This document shows, one piece after another, positions 8,877-18,489 of a stretch of 29,046 nucleotides of DNA. Within the stretch, counting starts at the first letter, position 1. Every line of letters begins with the position of its first letter. A model generated the notes under the pieces. That model did no database searches. It saw only the letters and a program-made list of their open reading frames with translations, and had not been told where the DNA came from. The stretch is from Myxococcota bacterium. GTDB lineage: Bacteria > Myxococcota_A > UBA796 > SXON01. The DNA lies in NCBI GenBank assembly GCA_040386535.1, contig JAZKFH010000073.1, positions 1 to 29,046 of the forward strand. The letters run 5' to 3'. The translations under genes and the position numbers were made by a program.

Positions 8877-9677
8877 CTACAGGATCGACGCCACGAACGT
8901 CACCGTGGTCGACTGGTCGAGCGGCCGGAAGCTCTCGACGGGCTGGTGGTCGTACGTGAGGTTGTGGGAGAGCTTGAGGCTGAACTTGTCGCCCAGCTTG
9001 GCGGTGAGCGAGGCCTGGTTGAGCAGCCGAAAGTCGATCGGCGTGATCACGTTCTCGTACACCTCGACCTTGTCGGTGAAGCTCACGTTCTCGTTGAACT
9101 TGTGGGTGAACCCGAGCATGGCGCGGGCGGCGAGGATGTAGGCGAGATTGGGGTCGACGCCCTCGATGAAGTCCTCGCGGGCGCCGTCCACGCCGAGCTC
9201 GGCGACGAGGCTGGTCGTCTCGGACTCGACCACGATGCGCGAGTAGCCGAGCTGGACGTGGGTGCGGGTGTCGAAGCCGGCGAAGGGGTCGACCAGGGCA
9301 CCGGCGAGCAGGTAGAGGCTGTCACGGTCGCCGATGAAGCGGTCGTAGCGGCCGTCCGCCCAGTACTTGCGGCTGGTCTCCGCCCAGCCGGCGGCGCGCT
9401 CGATGTCGTCCACGCGGCCGTCCGCGTTGGTGTCGAGCACGCTCTGGCCGAGGTTGGCGCCGAGATCGAGGGTGAACTTGTTGCGCTTCCAGCGGTGGTC
9501 GCCGTCGAGCGAGGCGAGGATCGCGTAGTTCTGGGTGTTGCCCGTGGTGAACGAACCGCCGAGCTCGGCGGCGAGGTGGGTCTCGGGCTCCTCGAACTTC
9601 TGCCCGGGCTTGTCGGTGCCGACGAAGGCGGGGTCAGCGGCGAGGGCGAGCGAGGCGAGGAGCAGCAGCGGGGACAT
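8877..9677 (-). CDS. DUF481 (YdiY-like) outer-membrane beta-barrel protein
   Basis: Signal peptide MSPLLLLASLALAA; ELGGSFTTGNT motif; amphipathic strands; YDHQP..F...D near the C-terminus; GGAGG RBS. Confidence 0.8.
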   Translation of the reverse strand: MSPLLLLASLALAADPAFVGTDKPGQKFEEPETHLAAELGGSFTTGNTQNYAILASLDGDHRWKRNKFTLDLGANLGQSVLDTNADGRVDDIERAAGWAETSRKYWADGRYDRFIGDRDSLYLLAGALVDPFAGFDTRTHVQLGYSRIVVESETTSLVAELGVDGAREDFIEGVDPNLAYILAARAMLGFTHKFNENVSFTDKVEVYENVITPIDFRLLNQASLTAKLGDKFSLKLSHNLTYDHQPVESFRPLDQSTTVTFVASIL

Positions 9678-9806
9678 CGAACCTCCGAGCGAAGGGGACC
9701 GGGTGGACCAGAGTAGCCGGCGTGAGGGTACGCCCCGGTGTCGCGACACTGGGGTGAAAGGCCGTTGCCATCTGTTCGCGCTCGTTCCCCTCCGTCGGCA
9801 AGTGTC

Positions 9807-10682
9807 TCAGCCGTCCTCCTCCTGCTCCCACGGCTCGGCGGGCACGACGATCTCGGGCAGCGGGTCGGGGTCGGGCAGGGGCCAGTGGTCGCCCCAGAGC
9901 GAGCGGCCGCCACACACGGAGAGGGTCTGGCCGGTGATGTAGCCGCCGCCGGGCGAGGCGAGGAAGGCCACGAGCCAGGCCACCTCCTCGGAGGTGCCGA
10001 GGCGCTTGAGCGGCACCGCGGACTGGAGCTGCTTCGCCCAGACGAGGCCCTGCGGGTAGCGTTTCAGACCGCTCGACGCGATGTAGCCGGGGGCGATCGC
10101 GTTCACGAGCACGTTGCGGGACGCCCACTCCACCGCGAGGTTGCGCGTCATCGCCTCCACGCCGGCGCGCGCCGCTACGGAGTGGGTCATCCCCGCGAAC
10201 CCACGGCCGGTCAACATGGTGATGTTCACGATGCGGCCGCCGTGGGCGAGCATCCACGCGTCCGCGACGGCCCGCGACAGGTTCCACGTGCCGGTCAGGT
10301 TGGTGGCGACGACCGCGTCCCACCCCTTGGGCGTGATGGTCTCCGCGGGCGCGAGGAACTGCCCGCCGCCGTTGTTGACGAGCAGGTCGATGCGGCCGTG
10401 CCGCTCCAGGGTGGTGCCGACGAGGCGGGCCACGCTGTCGCGGTCGCGGATGTCCGCCACGAGCCCGGTGACGGGGCGGCCGAGCTCCTGGGAGAGGCCG
10501 GCGGCCGCGGGGTCGATGTTGGCGGCCTTTCGGGAGGCGATGACGACGGTGGCGCCGAGGGAGCCGAGCTCGCGGGCGATCGCCGCGCCGATGCCGGTGC
10601 CGCCGCCGGTCACGAGGGCGACCTGGCCCGCGAGGATTTCGTCGCGAAAGAGGGTGCTCGAACGGGGGGGCGACGGGGTCAT
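9807..10682 (-). CDS. SDR family oxidoreductase (trans-2-enoyl-CoA / 2,4-dienoyl-CoA reductase-like)
   Basis: VALVTGGGTGIG, LLVNNGGGQF, HSVAARAGV, VNAIAPG, PLKRLGT. ATG at 10682 with GGAGG RBS. Confidence 0.9.
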   Translation of the reverse strand: MTPSPPRSSTLFRDEILAGQVALVTGGGTGIGAAIARELGSLGATVVIASRKAANIDPAAAGLSQELGRPVTGLVADIRDRDSVARLVGTTLERHGRIDLLVNNGGGQFLAPAETITPKGWDAVVATNLTGTWNLSRAVADAWMLAHGGRIVNITMLTGRGFAGMTHSVAARAGVEAMTRNLAVEWASRNVLVNAIAPGYIASSGLKRYPQGLVWAKQLQSAVPLKRLGTSEEVAWLVAFLASPGGGYITGQTLSVCGGRSLWGDHWPLPDPDPLPEIVVPAEPWEQEEDG

Positions 10683-10735
10683 GGAGCCTCCGGGGAGGCT
10701 GGCTAACCGGTCGGCGGCGTGGGCCGGGCCCTCTG

Positions 10736-10777
10736 GGCATCCTGGGCCCGGCATCCTCGGCCCGGCATCCTGGGCCC
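10736..10777. repeat. 14-bp tandem repeat x3 in a divergent intergenic region
   Basis: GGCATCCTGGGCCC / GGCATCCTCGGCCC / GGCATCCTGGGCCC. Confidence 0.85.
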
Positions 10778-10844
10778 GCGGCGGCGCGGCGAGGTAGACT
10801 CCCGGCCGGATTGCCTCGACCGGGCGACCCTGCGCGGAGACGAC

Positions 10845-12671
10845 TTGAGCGGCTACTATTATTCTCGCGAAGCGGGCGCCGAAGGCCAGATCCTCACGGG
10901 TGAGGGCGCGGCCCCCGGCGTGGGGCTCGACACCCTGCTCGATCGGGAGCGCCCGCCGCTCCGCGCGGCCCTCGCCATCGGCTCCGCGATCGCGGACGTG
11001 TTGTGCATCGCGGTGGAGGACCGGTTCATTCACGGCGACATCCGCCCGGCGCACGTGAAGATCGACGCGCGCGGCACCGTGTCGATCGAGGGCTACGGCG
11101 TGGCGCGCCGCACCACCAAGGCCCCCGAGGGCAAGCCCGACTCGCACGCGGTCGACGTGTACGGCCTGGGCGTGGTGCTCCACTCCATCCTCTCGCCCGA
11201 GCCCCTCGGGAACCTCCCGAAGGACCCCGACGGCCACGACGACGAGGTCGTGTCGCGCGTGTTGTCGATGGATTTCCGCCAGGTGCAGGGCAAGCGCTGG
11301 CTGGAGGACGTGCGCAAGTTCCTCTGCCAGATCCTCGCCTGGGCCCCGGCCGACCGCCCCGAGGCGCTCGACGCCGCCAACGTGCTCGCCTCCGTGGCGG
11401 GCCAATGCCCCGGCGAGACCCTCGAAGCCTGGGCCGAACGCGCCACCGCCACGCCCGCCGCGCGCACCGCCGCCGCCCCGGCCCCCCCGACGCGCGCCGT
11501 CGTCGAAGAAGAAGACCTCGGCGGCCCCGTCGCGTTGTCCGGCCCGCTCGCGAAGGGCGGGGTGCGCAAGGCCCCCGCCGCGAAGGGCGAGAGCACCGCG
11601 TTCTGGAGCCGCGAGAAGATCGCCGCCATGCTCGCGGAGGACGACGACGAGCCGATGCCCGCGCCCGTCAAGCGCCAGACCGTGGCCCCGCCCGTGGCCG
11701 CGCCGGCCCCCGCCCGCACCCCCGAGCCGCCGCCCCGCGCCGCCGCGCCAGCCCCCCGCGCCGAGCCCACCCCGCGCCCCGCCGAGCCGCCTCCCCGCGC
11801 CGCGACCCCGGCTCCGCGGGCCGAGCCCCCTCCCCGCACGGAGGCGCGTGCCGATGCGCGCCCCGCCGCGTCACCGTTCGCCGGCGCCCAGATCGAGTCG
11901 TCGTCGCCGTTCGACGACGAGCCGCCGAAGAAGAAGTCGAACACGATGATGATCGTGGGCGTCGTGGGCCTCTTGCTCGTGCTCGGCTGCGGCGTGCTCA
12001 CGCTCGGCGGCGGCGGCATGTACTGGTTCATGGGCACGAGCGGCTCGACCGCGGCCCAGGAGGAGGCCGACAAGGCGGTGAAGGCCGCGCAGGAGGCCGC
12101 CGACAAGGCGAAGGCGGACGCGGAGAAGGCCGCGGCGGACGCGGCGGAGGCCGGCGACGAGGCGACCGCGGCGGGCACGGCTGCCGCGACGGGAGCGACG
12201 GGGACCGGCGCGGGCGCCGCGACGAAGAGCACCACGGGCGCGACGACCGGGACGACCGCTCCGACGAGCAGCGGCACGAAGAGCACGACCGCGCCGAAGT
12301 CGACCAGCGGCGCCTCGGGCAGCGGGACCTCCGGGAGCAGCACCAAGGGCACGACCACGCCGAAGACCACCACCGCGCCGGCCACCAAGACCACGGCGCC
12401 CGCGACCAAGGCCCCCGCGACCACCCCGGCCGCCGCCCCCGCCGCGGGCGCGAGCTTCACCGTGAAGTTCTCGGCCACCGGCCGCGAGGGCAAGCTCCAG
12501 TGTGGTGACGGCCAGACCGCCGACTTCGCCGGCGCCACCACGATGACGTTCCAGAGCACCACGACCTGCCTCGTGCGCATCGACACCGGCAAGGGCGCGG
12601 TGCAGGTGAGCCGCACGGCCTCGGTGAGCTGCACGGAGGACGCCGGCAAGGTGTCCTGTAGCGGCGGATAG
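10845..12671 (+). CDS. Membrane-anchored Ser/Thr kinase-like (pseudokinase) protein
   Basis: Kinase C-lobe motifs [33 protein letters not shown]. Pro/Ala linker, TM helix ([28 protein letters not shown]), Thr/Ala stalk and a small 4-Cys C-terminal domain. Start inferred at TTG 10845 with GGAG RBS. Confidence 0.8.
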   Translation: MSGYYYSREAGAEGQILTGEGAAPGVGLDTLLDRERPPLRAALAIGSAIADVLCIAVEDRFIHGDIRPAHVKIDARGTVSIEGYGVARRTTKAPEGKPDSHAVDVYGLGVVLHSILSPEPLGNLPKDPDGHDDEVVSRVLSMDFRQVQGKRWLEDVRKFLCQILAWAPADRPEALDAANVLASVAGQCPGETLEAWAERATATPAARTAAAPAPPTRAVVEEEDLGGPVALSGPLAKGGVRKAPAAKGESTAFWSREKIAAMLAEDDDEPMPAPVKRQTVAPPVAAPAPARTPEPPPRAAAPAPRAEPTPRPAEPPPRAATPAPRAEPPPRTEARADARPAASPFAGAQIESSSPFDDEPPKKKSNTMMIVGVVGLLLVLGCGVLTLGGGGMYWFMGTSGSTAAQEEADKAVKAAQEAADKAKADAEKAAADAAEAGDEATAAGTAAATGATGTGAGAATKSTTGATTGTTAPTSSGTKSTTAPKSTSGASGSGTSGSSTKGTTTPKTTTAPATKTTAPATKAPATTPAAAPAAGASFTVKFSATGREGKLQCGDGQTADFAGATTMTFQSTTTCLVRIDTGKGAVQVSRTASVSCTEDAGKVSCSGG

Positions 12672-12678
12672 GCCAGCG

Positions 12679-13104
12679 ATGCGGGCCGTCGTGCAGCGTG
12701 TGACCGGGGCGAGCGTGTCGGTCGACAGCGTTGTCGTGGGCGAGATCGGCGCGGGCCTGCTGGTGCTCCTCGGCGTGGCGCCGGGGGACGGGCTCAAGCA
12801 GGTCGCGTGGATGGCCGACAAGATCGCCAACCTGCGGATCTTCGAGGACGAGGGCGGGAAGATGAACCGCTCCGTGCGGGATGTCGGGGGAGGGGTGCTC
12901 GTGGTCTCCCAATTCACGCTCTACGGCGACTTGGCGAAGGGGCGCCGCCCCAGCTTCACCGGCGCGGCCCCGCCCGAGCTGGCCCGCCCCCTCTACGAGG
13001 CCGTGGCCGACGCGCTCGGCGCCGCGCGCGGCGTGTTCGGCGCCCACATGGTCGTCTCCCTGGTGAACGACGGCCCCGTGACCCTCCTCCTGGACACCCC
13101 ATGA
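12679..13104 (+). CDS. dtd: D-aminoacyl-tRNA deacylase
   Basis: [35 protein letters not shown] signatures. Confidence 0.97.
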   Translation: MRAVVQRVTGASVSVDSVVVGEIGAGLLVLLGVAPGDGLKQVAWMADKIANLRIFEDEGGKMNRSVRDVGGGVLVVSQFTLYGDLAKGRRPSFTGAAPPELARPLYEAVADALGAARGVFGAHMVVSLVNDGPVTLLLDTP

Positions 13105-13868
13105 ACGACCTCGCCGGCCTGACCGCCCTCGCGACCCGCGCGGCGCTGGCTGCCGGGGAGCTGCTCAAGGCGCGGCCGGAGCGCGTGGACCACAAGGGCG
13201 CCGTCGACCTGGTGACCGAGGTTGACCTCGCGTCCGAGCGTGTCATCCGGGAGTTGTTGACACGCGAGGCGCCCGGGATCGCCATCCAGGGCGAGGAGGG
13301 CGGGGGTGTCACCTCCGGCACGCGTTGGGCGGTGGACCCTGTCGACGGCACGACCAACTTCGTGCACGGGTACCCCTTCTATTGTGTCAGCATCGCGCTC
13401 ATCGAGGGGACCACGCCCGTGGTGGGTGTCATCTACGACCCCGTTCGCGACCGCCTGCACGCGGGGTGGCAGGGCGGCGGCGCCACGGTGAACGGCGCGC
13501 CGCTCGCCGTGTCGTCGGTGCGCACGTTGGACGCCGCGCTGTCCGTCACGGGCTTTCCCTACGACCGGCGGCTGCGGGCGGCGTTCTACCTGGAGCGGGT
13601 CCAGCGCGCGCTGGAGCAGACCCAGGGCGTGCGCCGCAGCGGCAGCGCCGCGATGGATCTCACCACCATCGCCACCGGCTACGCCGAGCTGTTCTGGGAG
13701 TACCACCTCAAGCCCTGGGACACCTCGGCGGGCGTGGTGCTCGTGCGCGAGGCCGGCGGCCTGGTGACACGGATGGACGGGAGCGCGTGGGATCCCGACT
13801 CCGCGGACGTGTTGGCGACGAACGGGTGGGTGCACGAGGCGGTGGTGGGGATGTTGGGAGCGGGGTGA
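13101..13868 (+). CDS. suhB: Inositol monophosphatase family protein
   Basis: [46 protein letters not shown] overlap with dtd. Confidence 0.92.
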   Translation: MNDLAGLTALATRAALAAGELLKARPERVDHKGAVDLVTEVDLASERVIRELLTREAPGIAIQGEEGGGVTSGTRWAVDPVDGTTNFVHGYPFYCVSIALIEGTTPVVGVIYDPVRDRLHAGWQGGGATVNGAPLAVSSVRTLDAALSVTGFPYDRRLRAAFYLERVQRALEQTQGVRRSGSAAMDLTTIATGYAELFWEYHLKPWDTSAGVVLVREAGGLVTRMDGSAWDPDSADVLATNGWVHEAVVGMLGAG

Positions 13869-14175
13869 GGCGGGCATGACGCGGGCGCCCCGCCGGCCCG
13901 GGCGCCGGCGTCGGTCCCCTGCGGGCGCGGCCTTGCGGCCTTGGTCGGCGCGCGGACGCGCCGGACCGCGCGGCCCCGAACGGCCGCGCGCCCTCCGGGC
14001 ACCTGGCGCGAGGTGCCCGGAGGGCGGCCGGTCCGCCGGCCGGTCCGGACGGGCGCTCGGGGTGGGTCGATCCCCTCGATGGTTGGCGCCCGGCCGACCG
14101 AGCGGCTTTGCCGCGAGCCTGTAGGGGACCGGCCCCGGCTCGGCGGGGACGCGCCCAGCGTCGGAGCGGAACCTG

Positions 14176-15201
14176 TCAGAACAATGCCACCATCGCGCCC
14201 TCGTCCAGCGCGTCGTAGATCGTGGCGACATCGCGCAAGTGCAGCACCACGCAGCCCCAGCTCAAGCCGCGGCCGCCCTCGTCGGACCACTCGTGGGCCC
14301 AGCCGTGGAGGCCGATGCCGCCGCCGAGTTTGGTGCCTTGGAGCGGCGTGCGGCGGTCCCAGAACGCGCGGGTGATGGCGCGTTGAACCTCGGTGTCGAA
14401 GAGGCCCGCGTCGACCCCGCGCGCGGCGTCCCAGGCGTTCGGATAGCCGAGCTTGATCCAATAGCCGCCGTAGTAGGCGCCGTATTCGCCGTCGAACGGG
14501 CCCTTCGAGCGGGCCACGACGTGGTAGATGCCGGTGGGCGTGCGGTTGTCACCCCGCCACTCCTTGTCGCCCTCGGCCTGCCCGAAGGCGACCTCGAAGG
14601 TGCCGATCTCCTTGCCGCCCACGTAGAGGCGCAGCTGGTCGAGCGTGTGTGACACCAATGCCAGGATCGGCTCCGCCTGTGGCACCGGCAGGCGCGGGCG
14701 CCCGGCGAGAAAGGGCTCGATGGGGCCGATGTCGCCGGCCTCGGCGGAGAGTTGGACCGTGGTCGCCGTGCCGATCGGTTGGTCACGCGTCAGCGTGGCA
14801 CCCGCGGCGAGTGGGGAGGTGACACCTTGCCACCGAAACGTGGCGGTGCGCTTGACCTCGTCGTCGTACCAGAGGTGCTCGGTGACGAGCGTGTCGGCGC
14901 CGACCTCGCGCACGATCCCGTTCGCGACGGCGCGGACGGTCCCGGGGGTCGCGGGTGTGCCAGACTTCGGGGCGCGGCGGGACCAGCAGCCGTCGCCGCA
15001 GGGGGCCCAACCGATGACGGGCGCGTCGAAGCCGTCCGCGACGGGGATCGGGGCGGCGAGCCACTCGGCGAAGGGGTCGGGGGGCGTGGGCGCCTCTGCG
15101 GGGGCTTGGGCGGCGAGGCCCTCGGCGTCGAGGACCTGGGCGGGCAGCGCCTCGCCGGCGGCGGCGCAGGCAAGGGCGAGGAGGGGGAGGGCGCGGAGCA
15201 T
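14176..15201 (-). CDS. L,D-transpeptidase (YkuD) family protein, probable lipoprotein
   Basis: GDKEWRGDNRTPTGIY, LGYPN, GGGIGLHG...SWGCVVL (catalytic His/Cys). N-terminal LLALAC lipobox-like motif. Confidence 0.88.
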   Translation of the reverse strand: MLRALPLLALACAAAGEALPAQVLDAEGLAAQAPAEAPTPPDPFAEWLAAPIPVADGFDAPVIGWAPCGDGCWSRRAPKSGTPATPGTVRAVANGIVREVGADTLVTEHLWYDDEVKRTATFRWQGVTSPLAAGATLTRDQPIGTATTVQLSAEAGDIGPIEPFLAGRPRLPVPQAEPILALVSHTLDQLRLYVGGKEIGTFEVAFGQAEGDKEWRGDNRTPTGIYHVVARSKGPFDGEYGAYYGGYWIKLGYPNAWDAARGVDAGLFDTEVQRAITRAFWDRRTPLQGTKLGGGIGLHGWAHEWSDEGGRGLSWGCVVLHLRDVATIYDALDEGAMVALF

Positions 15202-15267
15202 GCCTGACGGTAGACCGGGAATCGGGGTTCTGGTTCCCGCAGTCGTGCTGGTCCTCGCGCCGTCGGA

Positions 15268-16002
15268 TCAGGCGTCGAGCGTGCGGGACAGGAATGTCAG
15301 GAGCTTCGCCCAGGAGGCGCGGTCGGCCCTGGCGTCGTAGCCGAGGGCGAGGCCGAAGGCGCGCGCGCGGATGTCGGCGTCGAGGTCGGTGAACGCGTGC
15401 CGCACCCCGGGGTAGCTGACGAACTCGTAGTCGACGCCCGCGTCGTGCATCTCCTGGTGGAACGCCGCGATGCTCTCGGCCGAGATGAACGCGTCGGCGC
15501 CGGCGTGGCAGACGAGCACCTTGGCGTGCACCCCACCGGGCGTGGCGCGGCGGGTCGAGTCCAACACGCCGTGGAAACTTGCCACAGCACACAACGGGAG
15601 GCCCAGGCGCGCCGCGCCCAGCGCCATCGCGCCGCCCAGGCAGTAGCCGATGGCGGACAGACGCGTGTCATCGACCTCGGGTTGGGAGGCGAGCGCGTCG
15701 ACGGCACCGCGGATCCGAGCGGCGCTCAGATCGGGGTCGCGCCGCAGCTCCATCATCAACGCGCCGCCCTCCGCGCTGGTCTTCGCCAACGTGCCATCCC
15801 CGTACACGTCGGCCGCGAGCGCCACGTAGCCCTGCTCGGCCAACATCCGCGCGCGGCTCCGGGCGTAGTCGTTGATGCCCCAGAACTCGGGGAACACGAC
15901 GACGCCCGGCCTCTTTTCGGGACGGCGCTCGTCGACCATCAGCGAGCCGTGGCACGTTCGGCCGCCGGCCTGGTAGCGCACCTCGCGCGCGGTGATGGTC
16001 AT
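15268..16002 (-). CDS. Dienelactone hydrolase family protein
   Basis: PGVVVFPEFWG, GYCLGG nucleophile motif, SFHG, HAGAD, YPGVRHAFT. Start overlaps the upstream stop. Confidence 0.92.
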   Translation of the reverse strand: MTITAREVRYQAGGRTCHGSLMVDERRPEKRPGVVVFPEFWGINDYARSRARMLAEQGYVALAADVYGDGTLAKTSAEGGALMMELRRDPDLSAARIRGAVDALASQPEVDDTRLSAIGYCLGGAMALGAARLGLPLCAVASFHGVLDSTRRATPGGVHAKVLVCHAGADAFISAESIAAFHQEMHDAGVDYEFVSYPGVRHAFTDLDADIRARAFGLALGYDARADRASWAKLLTFLSRTLDA

Positions 16003-16676
16003 GGCGTGGCCTCCTGGCGGCGCACCATCTCGGCGATCCACAGCGGCGCGAACGGCGACGTGCAGCCCGGCGACGCGGGGTAGTCCTCGAGCACACGGAG
16101 CCGCGTGCCGATGTCCACGGCGCGGGCGCGCAGGGCGGGGTTGCGGATGCCGATCTCGGCGAGGCAGTGGTTCATCGACCATTGCTTGGCCGCCGGCGCC
16201 GCCTTCATCTCGGCCTCGATCTGGTCGAGCAGGGCGGGCAGATCGAGGCCGGCGGGGCTTTTTACGACGCGGTCCGTGGTCAGGCTCCAGCCGGAGCGCC
16301 CGACCAACTCGTCCTTTGTGTCCTTCCAGAGCACACGCAGCGCCTCCGTGTGGCGGGAGGCCTTCACCACGTTCACCACGAACCAGTCGAGCAGCTTCGG
16401 GTATCGGATCTCGTGGACCATCGCGTCCAGCTCGGCGACCGAGAGCGCCTTGGGCTTGAACACGAGCGTCGCGAGCAGGCGTGCGTCGGTGTTGCCCGTG
16501 CGCCACAAGTCCCCGGCCAGGTCGTGGTTCGTCTTGAGCTGCTTTGCGAGCGCGCGGAGGTGGGTGAGGTTCACGCCGTGGTCGTCACCGGCGCGTGCGT
16601 TGGCCTCGCGGAGCTTCTCGTCGCGGAGCGCGGCGAGCTCGTGCAGGAGGGCCTCGGTGGTGAACGGGGGTGTCAT
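15999..16676 (-). CDS. DNA alkylation repair protein (AlkD-like HEAT-repeat family)
   Basis: HGVNLTHLRALAKQLK..HDLA..LW.TG..DARLLA; QWSMNHCLAEIGI; GCTSPFAPLWI. Confidence 0.85.
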   Translation of the reverse strand: MTPPFTTEALLHELAALRDEKLREANARAGDDHGVNLTHLRALAKQLKTNHDLAGDLWRTGNTDARLLATLVFKPKALSVAELDAMVHEIRYPKLLDWFVVNVVKASRHTEALRVLWKDTKDELVGRSGWSLTTDRVVKSPAGLDLPALLDQIEAEMKAAPAAKQWSMNHCLAEIGIRNPALRARAVDIGTRLRVLEDYPASPGCTSPFAPLWIAEMVRRQEATP

Positions 16677-16798
16677 GGCGGGAGCCTCCGTGGGGTGCGT
16701 ATCCTGAGGGGGGTGGGGTTCGTGGGAGTCGACCGCGCGGCGGACCGCGCGGTCGAGACGCGGGGGCCGGATCCGGTGCCACCCGGATAACGTTCCGC

Positions 16799-18475
16799 AT
16801 GAACGCCGCGGTCCTCCTCCTCTTCGCGGCGCGCACCGCCCTCGCCGCGGGCGTCGAGGCGCTCCCCGCGCCCACCCCGGCGCCGTGGTTGGAGGCGCCC
16901 GCCTACGGGAGCGGCAGCCCGTGCCACCCTCGTCGAGAAGATCGGCTCGTCCTCGCCTGCGGCGGGCGCGGCGAGGTGCTCGCGTATGGCGACGCCGCCG
17001 CCCTGGTGCACGGGCGGCTCGGCACGTTCCTGGTGAGCGCGAAGCGAGGCGTCATCCGGCACCTCACGTTGCCCGGGCGCGGCGCGTGGGTGGGGCTCGG
17101 CAGCGGCGACGTGCCCTACGCGATCGTGGCGGGGCAGCTGCTCCGCGACGGGCGCGACGTCGGCATCCCGGCCGAGCGCGGCGTGGTGGTCCCCGGCTAC
17201 CTGATCGTGCTGGCGGAGGGGCGCGTCACCGTGCGCACCGAGCCCGCGGGCGCCGTCGTGACGCACCGCGATGTGCCCGGCGCCGGTCGGCTCGCGGTCA
17301 CCGCGGCGGGGATGGCGGTCGTCGCCATCGACACGGTCGTGCCGGGCGTCGCGGGGCTCCCGATGTCGGACCGGGCCGCGCACCCCACGACCATGCGCAC
17401 GGCCGCGGTGTTCGTGGGCGGCCGGTGGACCGAGATCCCGCGCCCGGAGGGGCGGCTCGTCCAGGTCGGCGGGCAGGTGCGGATCGGGGGCGTGGCGCTC
17501 GATCGCACGGGTCGACACTGGGTGCAGAGCGGGGCCGCGGACACGACGTGGTGGGCGGACCAGGTGAGCGCGGGGAGCGGGGCGCCGGGGGGCGTGCCGG
17601 CGTCCACGAGCTGGCCCACCGCGCGGAGGCCGGTCCCGCCGGAGCCCCCTCCGCCGCCCCCGCCCCCCCAGCCCGCCAACGCGCTGGGGGGGCGTTCGCT
17701 GTTGCTCCAGACGATCGGCACCGCGGGCAACGCGGCGGGCGCGGACACCGTGGACGACATCCTCGGCAGCCCGCACGTCGGCTGGTCGTTCCCCACGCCG
17801 GTCTCGCGCACCCGGGATCCGCGCACGGAGCTGCTCCTCCTCGCCGACGGCGTGCGCGCTGCGCCCTCGGCGGCGGCTTCCGACGCGGGCCGCGGCGCCG
17901 GCCGGGTGTGGTCCCGCGCCCCGCACGCGCTGATCCTCGACCAGGAGGCCGACACGACGCGGCTGGTGGCGATCCCGGATGCCTGCGATCCGGTGCGCGC
18001 GTGGTCCCTCGCGGGGATCCAGCTCCTCACGTGCGCGGCGCCCGACGCGTCCCCCGCGGGTCACACCGTGTACGCCCGCGTTGGCGACGGGTGGGTGCAG
18101 GAGAGCGTGCGCTTGCCCGAGGCGGCCCCGCGCGCCTACCCGCTCGCCTCCGAGGATGGCACGCTGCTCGTCCCCTACGACGGCGCCGCCTGGGTGCGCG
18201 CCCCGGACGCAGCGGGGGTGGGGCGCTGGCGCGAGATCGTGGCCCCGGGCGTCACGACGTTTCGGCCGGGGCTGGCGGGGTCGGTGTACCTGGTGACGCT
18301 GCGGCCGCCCATGCTCGATGTGCAGCTGGTGCTCGACACCGCGCCGATCCCGCTCCTGTCGACCACCCTGCCCGAGGGCAGCTGGTACCTCAAGACGGAC
18401 GCCGGGCGGGTGCTCCTGTTCGGCACGAACGGCGCCGGCGAGACCCACCTCGTGCAGTGGCCGCCGGTGCCATGA
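16799..18475 (+). CDS. Hypothetical secreted protein with central poly-Pro linker
   Basis: Signal-like MNAAVLLLFAARTALAA, beta-rich halves separated by PPEPPPPPPPPQP, GC3-biased frame. Confidence 0.65.
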   Translation: MNAAVLLLFAARTALAAGVEALPAPTPAPWLEAPAYGSGSPCHPRREDRLVLACGGRGEVLAYGDAAALVHGRLGTFLVSAKRGVIRHLTLPGRGAWVGLGSGDVPYAIVAGQLLRDGRDVGIPAERGVVVPGYLIVLAEGRVTVRTEPAGAVVTHRDVPGAGRLAVTAAGMAVVAIDTVVPGVAGLPMSDRAAHPTTMRTAAVFVGGRWTEIPRPEGRLVQVGGQVRIGGVALDRTGRHWVQSGAADTTWWADQVSAGSGAPGGVPASTSWPTARRPVPPEPPPPPPPPQPANALGGRSLLLQTIGTAGNAAGADTVDDILGSPHVGWSFPTPVSRTRDPRTELLLLADGVRAAPSAAASDAGRGAGRVWSRAPHALILDQEADTTRLVAIPDACDPVRAWSLAGIQLLTCAAPDASPAGHTVYARVGDGWVQESVRLPEAAPRAYPLASEDGTLLVPYDGAAWVRAPDAAGVGRWREIVAPGVTTFRPGLAGSVYLVTLRPPMLDVQLVLDTAPIPLLSTTLPEGSWYLKTDAGRVLLFGTNGAGETHLVQWPPVP

Positions 18476-18489
18476 CTTATGGGGGAACA

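Noticed and set aside
13869..14175. 307-bp GC-rich gap between convergent suhB and L,D-transpeptidase genes as ncRNA or small gene
   Set aside because: Only short GC-only stems expected by chance and Arg/Pro-rich spurious ORFs; no recognisable RNA motif.
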